Source of the DNA: Pirellula staleyi DSM 6068
GTDB taxonomy: Bacteria > Planctomycetota > Planctomycetia > Pirellulales > Pirellulaceae
Direction of reading: 5' to 3'
DNA: 32,000 nucleotides
Assembly (NCBI GenBank): GCA_000025185.1
Contig: CP001848.1
Coordinates: 1,620,001 to 1,652,000 of the forward strand
Below, piece after piece: positions 1 to 6,637 of the stretch (positions are counted from its first letter, which is position 1; each line of letters opens with the position of its first letter). A program made the position numbers and the translations under genes. The notes under the pieces are model-generated. The model had not been told where the DNA came from and ran no database searches. It saw only the letters and a list, made by a program, of their open reading frames with translations.

Positions 1-656
1 CGTGGCAATAGGACAAAACCTCGCTTGCCCTCGGTATGTTTTATAACTTGTAATCTTATCGAGGATGCTTCAGCCTGCTCGGCTGCTGCGGCGCCCGTAT
101 AGCCTTGATCGACGTATGCTATCTCCACGTTGCTGCCCGTCACCTCTTGCACTCTCTGCGAGAGGATGGCGACCTGGTCTCGGTCTTGCTCATTGGCTGC
201 AGTGATGTAAACCGCCAGCAGATTTCCCAGTGTATCCACGGCAATATTGGCCTTCGAACTTTTCTTTTTCTTCGCGCCATCATACCCCGCGCGGCCTCCA
301 CTTTCAGGAGTCGATTGCAGCGTCCGCGCATCCATGATCACCGCGGTTGGCTGTTCGTCACGTCCTTCCAAAAGACGCACCATCAGCCTGAGGTCTTGCG
401 CAATTTCCTCAAAGACTCCCGCTTCGAACCAGCGTCGCATTTGTTGATAGACGGCCCGCCACGGAGGCATTTCATGCGGCAGGAAGTCCCACTGGATTCC
501 TGTTTTCACCACGTAGCGCATGGCGTTAAACTGGTCGCGCAGTGAATAGGAACGCTGCGGCGCATCCTCACGCATGAGGCTCAAATAGGGGAGCAGGAAT
601 TCCCACTCCGCATCCGTTACGTCGCTGGGATACGACTTCCCTGTCGTGTGTTTCAT
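1..656 (-). CDS. IS5-family DDE transposase, N-terminal 218 codons; the C-terminus lies beyond the window edge
   Basis: Absent from the ORF track because it has no stop inside the window. Hand translation of the minus strand from ATG 656-654 is open all the way to position 3. It reads MKHTTGKSYPSDVTDAEWEFLLPYLSLMREDAPQRSYSLRDQFNAMRYVVKTGIQWDFLPHEMPPWRAVYQQMRRWFEAGVFEEIAQDLRLMV...YDGAKKKKSSKANIAVDTLGNLLAVYITAANEQDRDQ...IAYVDQGYTGAAA...IKHTEGKRGFVLLPR. These are the DUF4096-type HTH block (TDAEWE..LP, G.QW..LP...W..VY..F..W) and the DDE_Tnp_1 blocks (D.GY.G, KRGFV.LPR) typical of IS5-family transposases. Confidence 0.9.
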   Translation of the reverse strand, partial: MKHTTGKSYPSDVTDAEWEFLLPYLSLMREDAPQRSYSLRDQFNAMRYVVKTGIQWDFLPHEMPPWRAVYQQMRRWFEAGVFEEIAQDLRLMVRLLEGRDEQPTAVIMDARTLQSTPESGGRAGYDGAKKKKSSKANIAVDTLGNLLAVYITAANEQDRDQVAILSQRVQEVTGSNVEIAYVDQGYTGAAAAEQAEASSIRLQVIKHTEGKRGFVLLP

Positions 657-701
657 CCCCTAACTACAGCAATTTCAAGCAGATAAGTCAATAACAGGCT
701 C
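1..701 (-). mobile_element. IS5-family insertion sequence, partial; it continues beyond the left window edge and its inner end is inferred between 657 and about 705
   Basis: Contains the transposase ORF 1..656. The recognisable host-gene sequence (P-loop ORF) ends at about 702. The tetranucleotide CTAG lies at 701-704, and IS5-type elements classically duplicate YTAR/CTAG targets. The other end is outside the window, so the terminal inverted repeat cannot be confirmed. Confidence 0.7.
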
Positions 702-965
702 TAGAACAAAACGACGAACCAACGTTGTCTTACCGCTACCTAGGTCACCGACGACAACGATCGGATGCGGGACCACGTCGCGCGCATTTAGCAACTGATC
801 CAGCGTGTCTAATGCGTCGGGTAATTCACCTTCGTGTTGCAGCTCAAGTGGCGTGCACGGAGTATCGCGGAACACTTGGCGATACTCCCTTTCCACCGGC
901 CGGAGATAGTCTCGTATCTCCGCGTGAATTTCTAAAAAGCTGAAATGTTTCGGCTCAAGAGTGTT
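675..965 (-). pseudogene. N-terminal fragment of a P-loop NTPase (NACHT/STAND- or AAA-like) truncated by the IS5-family insertion
   Basis: The frame is open from 965 to 675 and reads ..FLEIHAEIRDYLRPVEREYRQVFRDTPCTPLELQHEGELPDALDTLDQLLNARDVVPHPIVVVGDLGSGKTTLVRRFVL, then 8 IS-derived codons and a stop. The Walker A motif G-x-x-G-S-G-K-T-T is preceded by a hydrophobic strand (PIVVVG). No Walker B or later motifs follow, because the IS starts about 10 codons after the P-loop. Confidence 0.65.
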
Positions 966-1219
966 TCATCGAGTCGCTGCGACACCAATGCACTTTGAAT
1001 CTCTTGTTGCGCGACTTTGCCTTCTGAACTTTGCCACATTCTTTGAAGGGCAGTCTAAACGGCATCCGGCATCGGCTCGATGTTACCGCTTCCGTCAATA
1101 TGTACGTGACAATCATCCAGTTTGGGAAGTAGCATCAAAACGCCCGCTTCATCGAACCATTTATTAAGACGAAGTTGCTCTGCCCTAGCTTCATTGACGG
1201 ATGCAGAGTACAACGCCGG

Positions 1220-1594
1220 CTAGAGACAGCCCTCATCATCTTTGTACTCTTCTGGACTTGCGAATGCTAGGTGCAGACGACGCCCTCTCCCCGTAACCTG
1301 GGTGGCGAGGCGCCAGGTTTCCACAAAATGGTGCCTCCAACAGTGCGCCTTGGAGGTATCCAGCTCAATGTGCACGGCGAACAGCTTGGCACCGATCGAG
1401 GCTTTGAATTCGCGTATGGCTTTCTCGTGGACCAGATGCTGGCACTCGGCCGAGCAGAGTAAGTAGGATTGCTGCTTGCCGTCGGGATCGATGTCCAACC
1501 GCCAGCCGAGGATCGACAGATGCTTGTTCCACTCCAGCACGCTTTGGTCGTTACCGATGCCGAAAATCAAGAATTTGTTTCCTGATTTGGTCAT
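1220..1594 (-). CDS. hypothetical protein (124 aa from ATG 1594; the track ORF extends to 1648), possibly a piece of a larger decayed gene
   Basis: Track ORF 1220..1648. The internal ATG at 1594 sits 1 nt after the stop of the upstream ORF (TGA-G-ATG). I recognise no family. The same frame continues open beyond its TAG stop (see findings). Confidence 0.3.
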   Translation of the reverse strand: MTKSGNKFLIFGIGNDQSVLEWNKHLSILGWRLDIDPDGKQQSYLLCSAECQHLVHEKAIREFKASIGAKLFAVHIELDTSKAHCWRHHFVETWRLATQVTGRGRRLHLAFASPEEYKDDEGCL

Positions 1595-1595
1595 C

Positions 1596-1865
1596 TCAAC
1601 TCGACTGGCGTACTTCGTTCCGACACACCGACGTATGTTGGGGCTCACATCCGCAAGATCGCGCTAACCGAGCGACTTCGATGGCGGATGCATCTCGGCC
1701 GAGAGTGGCAACGGGATTTGAACTCGGGAAGTCATAGCAGCAGAAGGACTTCTGGCGAATCACCGTAAATCGGAGTTCTATTTCAAACGTCGGTTGAACT
1801 GGTGAAGGCAGGTCGGTTGGGTGCTCTAACTCCTTGCCTGTCAACGAAAATAGCTCGTCAGCCAT
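1596..1865 (-). CDS. hypothetical protein, 89 aa, no recognisable family
   Basis: Track ORF with an ATG start, in DNA of about 50% GC. Its stop is 1 nt from the next ATG. There is no motif support, so coding status is uncertain. Confidence 0.25.
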   Translation of the reverse strand: MADELFSLTGKELEHPTDLPSPVQPTFEIELRFTVIRQKSFCCYDFPSSNPVATLGRDASAIEVARLARSCGCEPQHTSVCRNEVRQSS

Positions 1866-1894
1866 GATTGGCAGCGAGCTATTTCAATTTCAAG

Positions 1895-1925
1895 TCGGGG
1901 TGACTGGATTCGAACCCATCGACTT
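1895..1925 (-). other. tRNA-derived 3' fragment (T-loop plus acceptor 3' strand), probably an integration-site (att) remnant; not a functional tRNA
   Basis: The minus strand reads GATGGGTTCGAATCCAGTCACCCCGA. This is the canonical T-loop 11-mer GGTTCGAATCC, then CCAGT (the 3' T-stem strand), then the 7-nt acceptor strand CACCCCG and discriminator A. The 5' T-stem strand is imperfect (ATGGG against CCAGT). Upstream there is no CGGGGTG 5' acceptor strand, D-arm or foldable anticodon arm. Confidence 0.5.
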
Positions 1926-1957
1926 TGGGCATCAAGTGGAGTGCAATGTAGCAAAGT

Positions 1958-2052
1958 GTAGTTAGTTTCACGTAGACCAGTGCAAACGCCATTGATTGAT
2001 TTCGAGCTATCTGTTATTTCATGACCAGGGCGTCGGATATTGAAACTACTAC
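1958..2052. repeat. Imperfect inverted repeat (12 bp plus 1 bulge) flanking a 70-nt AT-rich spacer
   Basis: 1958-1970 GTAGTTAGTTTCA is the reverse complement of 2041-2052 TGAAACTACTAC apart from one extra T. CACGTAG (1969-1975) and CTACGTG (2049-2055) are also complementary. A sampled 60-mer from this region is about 43% GC. Confidence 0.5.
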
Positions 2053-2093
2053 GTGTAATCTCGCCGAAAGGAGTATCATCATAGTGCAGCCTG

Positions 2094-2216
2094 CTACTTG
2101 TCGTCGGCAAGGATGAGCAGGATGTTCGGCCTGGGGTCTTCAGCGGCCCATGCTGACGAGCCAAGAATGCACAGCAGCAGGAGAGTGAGAGGGGGAGTAA
2201 CGTTGGTTGATGGCAT
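2094..2216 (-). pseudogene. Sulfatase gene remnant: signal peptide plus the first conserved block only (40 codons)
   Basis: Hand translation from ATG 2216-2214 gives MPSTNVTPPLTLLLLCILGSSAWAAEDPRPNILLILADDK, then TAG at 2094-2096. A signal peptide followed by (R/K)PN(I/V)LLI.ADD is the standard sulfatase N-terminus; compare the intact sulfatase at 30477..31949, KPYNVLLIASDD. The C-x-P-S-R active-site block that should follow within about 40 residues is absent in all frames. Confidence 0.6.
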
Positions 2217-2253
2217 CGCTTGCTCTTGTGATGGGGCGTTTAATAGTCAGCCA

Positions 2254-2280
2254 GTAGGTCGGCTACTTTTGTTGCCGACA
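2254..2280. repeat. Degenerate copy of the palindromic REP-like element
   Basis: GTAGGTCGGCTAC at 2254-2266 matches the core of the elements at 2365-2443 and 2553-2590. GTCGGC (2258-2263) and GCCGAC (2273-2278) form a 6-bp stem. Confidence 0.5.
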
Positions 2281-2364
2281 ACCAGAATGCTGCCTCCACC
2301 TATCTAAGATAGTCGATTGGCGAGTGCGTGCGTCCCCATCCATCGGCACACGACAATGGGCCAC

Positions 2365-2443
2365 TGAGAAGAGTGTCGGCTACGGGGTAGCCGACCTACG
2401 AACTGGCACTCAAGTCCCGTAGGTCGGGTACTTCGTACCCGAC
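2365..2443. repeat. REP-like intergenic element made of two 9-bp-stem hairpins with an overlapping 10-bp inverted repeat
   Basis: Hairpin 1 is 2375-2395, GTCGGCTAC-GGG-GTAGCCGAC. Hairpin 2 is 2423-2443, GTCGGGTAC-TTC-GTACCCGAC. CCGACCTACG (2391-2400) is the exact reverse complement of CGTAGGTCGG (2418-2427), which gives mutually exclusive alternative pairings. Confidence 0.8.
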
Positions 2444-2552
2444 AACGAATGCGGCGTCCATTTTTATACGCTCGTGATTTGTGCGAGATTTGATCAAAGC
2501 ATGCTCGTCAATCACCCACTCGCCAATCAAGTGATGGGCGAGAATGGATCGG

Positions 2553-2590
2553 TGAGAAGAGTGTCGGCTACAGGGGTAGCCGACCTACGA
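2553..2590. repeat. Second copy of the REP-like element, located in the sthA 3' region; possible transcript-end hairpin
   Basis: 2553-2590 TGAGAAGAGTGTCGGCTACAGGGGTAGCCGACCTACGA is identical to 2365-2401 except for one extra A in the loop. The hairpin at 2563-2584 starts 23 nt downstream of the sthA stop on the minus strand and has no U-tract. Confidence 0.8.
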
Positions 2591-2606
2591 GCTGCACTAG
2601 CTGGTT

Positions 2607-4004
2607 TTAGAAGAGGCGGTTGTAGCCGTTGAGGGCGGCGACGCGATAGGCTTCGGCCATCGTGGGGTAGTTGAACGTGGTGTTGATGAAGTACATCAGC
2701 GAGTTGCCACTGCCGGGCTGGTTCATGATCGCCTGGCCGATGTGGATGATCTCGCTGGCGTTTTGCCCGAAGCAATGGACTCCGAGGATCGCCATCGTTT
2801 CGCGGTGGAAAAGGAGTTTGAGCATACCGACCCGCTGGCCGGTGATTTGAGCGCGGGCGAGACTCTTAAACTGGGCCTGTCCGATCTCGTACGGAATGCC
2901 AGCAGCGGTGAGTTCGTTTTCGGTTTTGCCGATGCTGCTGATTTCGGGGCTCGTGTAAATGCCGGTTGGGATGTCGTTGGCCAGCAGTTGGGCGGCGTCG
3001 CTTTGGGTCATGTGCAGTGCCGCAGCGCGACCTTGCACGTAGGCAGCGGAGGCGAGCGACGGGAAACCGATGACATCGCCCACGGCCCAGATGCTCGGCA
3101 CACTGGTGCAGTAGCGGCCGTCGACCTTCAGTTGGCCGCGGCTATCGGGGGTGAGTCCGACCGCTTCGAGTCCCAGGTTCTCGGTGTTGCCGGTCCGGCC
3201 GTTGGCCCACAGCAGCACGTCGGTCTTCAGTTTTTTGCCACTCCTCAGATGGAGCACGACGCCATCGTCGGTGGGCTCGATCTTTTCGTACACTTCGCCG
3301 TGACGAATCACTGTGCCGTGATCGCGCAGGTGATAGGAAAGAGCGTCGCTGATTTCGTCGTCGAGGAATTCGAGCAAGCGCTCGCGGGTGTTGACGAGGT
3401 TCAGCTTGACGCCTAGGTTGCGGAACATCGAACCATATTCGCAGCCGACCACGCCGGCACCATAGACGGTGATCGACTTGGGGGTGTAGGTGAGGTCGAG
3501 GATCGTATCGCTATCGAAAATGCGCGGGTGGGTGAAGTCGACATCTTTGGGGCGATAGGGACGGCTGCCGACGGCGAGGACAATGTTGTCGGCGGTCAGT
3601 TTTTCGCAGGCTCCCTTTTCTTCGCAAACCATCACGGTGTGCGGGTCGAGCAGTTTGGCTTCGCCTGCGATGATCGGAATGCGATTGCGGTCGTAGAAGC
3701 TGCGCCGCATCTCTTCCTGCTGCTGGATCACCGCCGCTGCTGTTTTGCGGAGCTGCGGGAAGGTGAGGTCGATCGAGAGCCCCGCTTCCCGGAACAGCCG
3801 ATTCTGCCGGACCTCGGTCAGCTGAAAGATCGAATACCGGAGTGCCTTGCTGGGGATTGTTCCCCAGTGGGTGCAGCCGCCACCGATTTTTTTGAACCGC
3901 TCGACCACCGCCACGCTGAGCCCCTGCTTCACCGCCTGCATGGCAGCCCCTTCACCACCAGGGCCTGTGCCGATGACAACCACGTCGTACTGATGCTGAG
4001 GCAT
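2607..4004 (-). CDS. sthA: Soluble pyridine nucleotide transhydrogenase (SthA/UdhA)
   Basis: 465 aa, collinear end to end with E. coli SthA as I recall it: [102 protein letters not shown], and the C-terminal [24 protein letters not shown]. Confidence 0.95.
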   Translation of the reverse strand: MPQHQYDVVVIGTGPGGEGAAMQAVKQGLSVAVVERFKKIGGGCTHWGTIPSKALRYSIFQLTEVRQNRLFREAGLSIDLTFPQLRKTAAAVIQQQEEMRRSFYDRNRIPIIAGEAKLLDPHTVMVCEEKGACEKLTADNIVLAVGSRPYRPKDVDFTHPRIFDSDTILDLTYTPKSITVYGAGVVGCEYGSMFRNLGVKLNLVNTRERLLEFLDDEISDALSYHLRDHGTVIRHGEVYEKIEPTDDGVVLHLRSGKKLKTDVLLWANGRTGNTENLGLEAVGLTPDSRGQLKVDGRYCTSVPSIWAVGDVIGFPSLASAAYVQGRAAALHMTQSDAAQLLANDIPTGIYTSPEISSIGKTENELTAAGIPYEIGQAQFKSLARAQITGQRVGMLKLLFHRETMAILGVHCFGQNASEIIHIGQAIMNQPGSGNSLMYFINTTFNYPTMAEAYRVAALNGYNRLF

Positions 4005-4467
4005 GGGAAGAGTCTTTACGTGCAGCTAAGGAGCAGGCGAGCGGCTGGGGGCCGGACCACCTCCGAGGGAAGCCAATTTTCGAACCGCAAGTCTACCACA
4101 TTCCCCATGCAGTGCTAAAAGTGCTGAATTTGTGGATTGTAGTGCGTTTTCATCTGCCGCTAGTGCCCAGGTAAGGGGTCCCGCACGTGCCTAGGGCGCT
4201 GAATTTCGAGATTCAAGCAGCCTGCGAGGCTTGTGCCTGTTTCTGGCGGGCTAGTGCGGCGCTTAACACTCGGCGGCGAGCTGTTTTACGCAGATTTCCT
4301 AGTTCGCCTGCTGGGTGGATTGGCAAGCAGCCGAGCGGACGCTGTTTCTTCTCTTGACCGGCGCGGCAACTCTTCCTATTGTCCCGCCTCGCGAAGTGCC
4401 AGCAGAAGCTGCGCGCTTGGTGAATTCGAACGTTCAGGATGAACTTCCATCGACAGCGAGGCCCGGC

Positions 4468-6444
4468 ATGAAGCCGCACGAAACAATGCTCCAGCATCGA
4501 ATTAGCAGGCGAGCGATGCTTGCGCTCGGACTGGCGTTTTGTGGCGGGTGTGCCTCGCCACTCATGCGGGGACAGACCCCTGAAGCGCCGGTCGAAGAGT
4601 TCGACCCGACGCGGCTGAACTACGTCGGGGACTACACTCGTCCCTGGGGCCTCAACTATGTGAAGCTCGAATCGGTCGCCCTGGTCACCAATTTGGCGAA
4701 CACCGGTAGCGATCCAGCCCCCTCGTCGCAGCGTCAGGTGCTGATTGGCGAAATGCAATCGCACGACGTCAAAGGTGCCGATCAGATTCTTGCCTCCCCC
4801 AGCACTTCGCTGGTCCTCTGCCGCACGTTTATTCCACCTGGCGCTCAAAAAGGAGACACGCTGGATGTGGAGATTCGTCTTCCTCAGCGGAGCGAAACGA
4901 CAAGCTTGCGGGGTGGCTGGCTGATGCAATCGCGCATGCGTCAAATGGCTGCGCTGGGGGGAACCATTCAAACGGGGCAGGTCGAAGGACTAGCGCAGGG
5001 GGATGTGGTGGTCGACGCCATTTTTCAAGGGACGTCGGACAAGGTTCTCGAAACACGGGGACGCATTTTGGGTGGTGGCGTTTCGCTCCTCGATCGGAAG
5101 CTGGGCCTGTCGGTCCGCAAAGAAGAGTCGAGCATTCGGACCAGCACACTCATTGGAGCGGCGATCAATCAGCGGTTTCATACATTCGATCGCGGGGTGA
5201 AAAACGGCGTCGCCAAACCGCAGCGTGACGACTTCCTCGAACTTGCGATTTCGTCGCGATACAAGCACAATTTGGCCCGTTATCTGCGGGTGGTTCGCAA
5301 GATTGCCGTGAAAGAATCGCCGATCGAGCGCGTGGCGCGGATCGGTCAACTGGAAGGCAAACTCCTCGAGCATAAGACGAGCGCCGATGCTTCGCTCGAA
5401 CTCGAGGCGATCGGCAAGGAAGCCATTCCCTCGCTCCTCAAGGGTCTGAAGAGCAGCGACCGGGAAGTGAAGTTCTACTCGGCCGAGGCGCTGGCCTATC
5501 TCGACCATGCCGATGCAGCAGAAGTGCTGGGTCAATACGCCAAAACCGAACATGCGTTCCGCTGGCACGCCCTCTCGGCACTCACGTCGATGGACCAGAT
5601 CAGTGCGCTCGATGCCCTTACCGATCTGCTGCACGAAAGTTCGGCGGAAACTCGCTACGGCGCGTTCCGCGCAATTCGCAAACGTAGCCCGAGCGACTTG
5701 ACCACCAAGGGAGAAGTGCTCGAGAAAAAGTTCTTCTACCACGCCATTCACACGCTCGGTCAACCGATGGTGCACATCACGCGCACCACCAAGCCCGAAG
5801 TGGTGCTATTTGGTCACGATCAGAAACTGAAATCCCCCGAAGCCTTGTTCGCGGGCAAGCAGATCATGGTCAAAGGGATCGAAGCGGATCAGATGAAGGT
5901 GATTTGCTATGCTCCGGGGCAAGAGGATCGGGTCGAGATTGTCTCCAGTGAACTCGATAAAGTGATTCGCGCCATCGTTAAACTGGGTGGCAGCTACGGC
6001 GATGTGATTCAGTTCCTGCAAGAGGCTAAAAAGGGTGGCTACCTCGATTCGCGACTCGCGGTCGAAGCGATTGCCGATCCGGGGCGCACTTATGTCCGAA
6101 ACGCCGAGGGGGAAGAGATTCCCGCGACAACTGGCGAAGAAGCGTCGGCCGAGGGTTCGGGCGATTCGTCGCAGCCTCTCACCACCGACTTCCCAGGCGA
6201 CTCTTCGGAGAGTACCGGCGGGAGTGTAAGCGACGACGATACGAGTGCCGAAGGGGCGTTCCCGGCTCGCAAGGTGCAGACCCCGAGCGGTGAAGTTTTT
6301 GGGTCTGGGCCGACTTTGACGCCTTCGGAATCCGAAAAACCGCGAGAACTTACAGAAACCTACGTCGATCCGGAATTTCAGGAGAGACCCTCCGGCGGCT
6401 TTCTTGATAAACTAAACCCGTGGTCAAAGTCGTCTGAAGAGTAG
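4468..6444 (+). CDS. FlgI-like (flagellar P-ring family) domain protein fused to HEAT-like repeats and an acidic Ser/Thr/Gly-rich tail; probable exported lipoprotein
   Basis: Track ORF 4315..6444. I prefer ATG 4468 (MKPHETMLQHRISRRAMLALGLAFCGGCASP) because it gives a Tat-like SRR.ML motif, a hydrophobic core and Cys residues. The region at about 4615-5300 aligns by eye with FlgI blocks. These are ALVTNLANTGSD (FlgI GLVVGLDGTGD), LVLCRTFIPPGAQKGDTLDVEI ([21 protein letters not shown]), TSLRGGWLMQSRM (KSLRGGTLLMTPL) and GLAQGDVVVD (ALAQGNILVGG). The region at about 5390-5700 has HEAT/PBS-lyase-like repeats (AIPSLLKGLKSSDREVKFYSAEALAYL, ALDALTDLLHESSAETRYGAFRAI). Confidence 0.75.
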   Translation: MKPHETMLQHRISRRAMLALGLAFCGGCASPLMRGQTPEAPVEEFDPTRLNYVGDYTRPWGLNYVKLESVALVTNLANTGSDPAPSSQRQVLIGEMQSHDVKGADQILASPSTSLVLCRTFIPPGAQKGDTLDVEIRLPQRSETTSLRGGWLMQSRMRQMAALGGTIQTGQVEGLAQGDVVVDAIFQGTSDKVLETRGRILGGGVSLLDRKLGLSVRKEESSIRTSTLIGAAINQRFHTFDRGVKNGVAKPQRDDFLELAISSRYKHNLARYLRVVRKIAVKESPIERVARIGQLEGKLLEHKTSADASLELEAIGKEAIPSLLKGLKSSDREVKFYSAEALAYLDHADAAEVLGQYAKTEHAFRWHALSALTSMDQISALDALTDLLHESSAETRYGAFRAIRKRSPSDLTTKGEVLEKKFFYHAIHTLGQPMVHITRTTKPEVVLFGHDQKLKSPEALFAGKQIMVKGIEADQMKVICYAPGQEDRVEIVSSELDKVIRAIVKLGGSYGDVIQFLQEAKKGGYLDSRLAVEAIADPGRTYVRNAEGEEIPATTGEEASAEGSGDSSQPLTTDFPGDSSESTGGSVSDDDTSAEGAFPARKVQTPSGEVFGSGPTLTPSESEKPRELTETYVDPEFQERPSGGFLDKLNPWSKSSEE

Positions 6445-6545
6445 TTCGCCGCGGCAGCTTTCCCCAGCTCTCGCGCCGGACCTACCCCGGTGTTTCGCTC
6501 CCGGCGTGCACCAAACGGCATGCTCCTGCGTAGTAGCTGATAGCG

Positions 6546-6560
6546 GCCCCTGTTAGGGGC
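6546..6560 (+). terminator. Weak candidate hairpin downstream of the FlgI-like gene
   Basis: GCCCCT-GTT-AGGGGC followed by TCCTTCT, about 100 nt after the stop. The stem is short and the U-tract poor. Confidence 0.25.
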
Positions 6561-6637
6561 TCCTTCTATCGGCGGCTGTAGGGGCCGGACGACTTTTTGC
6601 TAATTCCGTCTAACCGACTTCCACGTGTGCTTCCGGT

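Noticed and set aside
105-545. 146-aa plus-strand ORF (and 247..447) from the track
   Set aside because: It lies antisense to a cleanly translating IS5-family transposase frame and contains no motifs. It is a typical shadow ORF.
1895-1975. Possibility of a complete tRNA gene on the minus strand
   Set aside because: Only the T-loop and acceptor 3' strand are present. The sequence 73 nt upstream (AACTAAC) cannot pair with CACCCCG, and I could not fold a D-arm or anticodon arm.
1841-2164. 107-aa minus-strand ORF
   Set aside because: It starts out of frame inside the sulfatase remnant and reads through the AT-rich spacer and the tRNA-derived fragment, so it is almost certainly non-coding.
2299-2311. 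Perfect 13-nt palindrome CTATCTAAGATAG upstream of the sulfatase remnant
   Set aside because: Palindromes with 6-bp arms are expected several times by chance in 32 kb, and nothing supports this one as a site.
4315-4467. GTG 4315 as the start of the FlgI-like gene
   Set aside because: The first 51 codons precede the obvious signal sequence and contain no conserved features. ATG 4468 or 4486 places the Tat/lipoprotein-like leader at the N-terminus.
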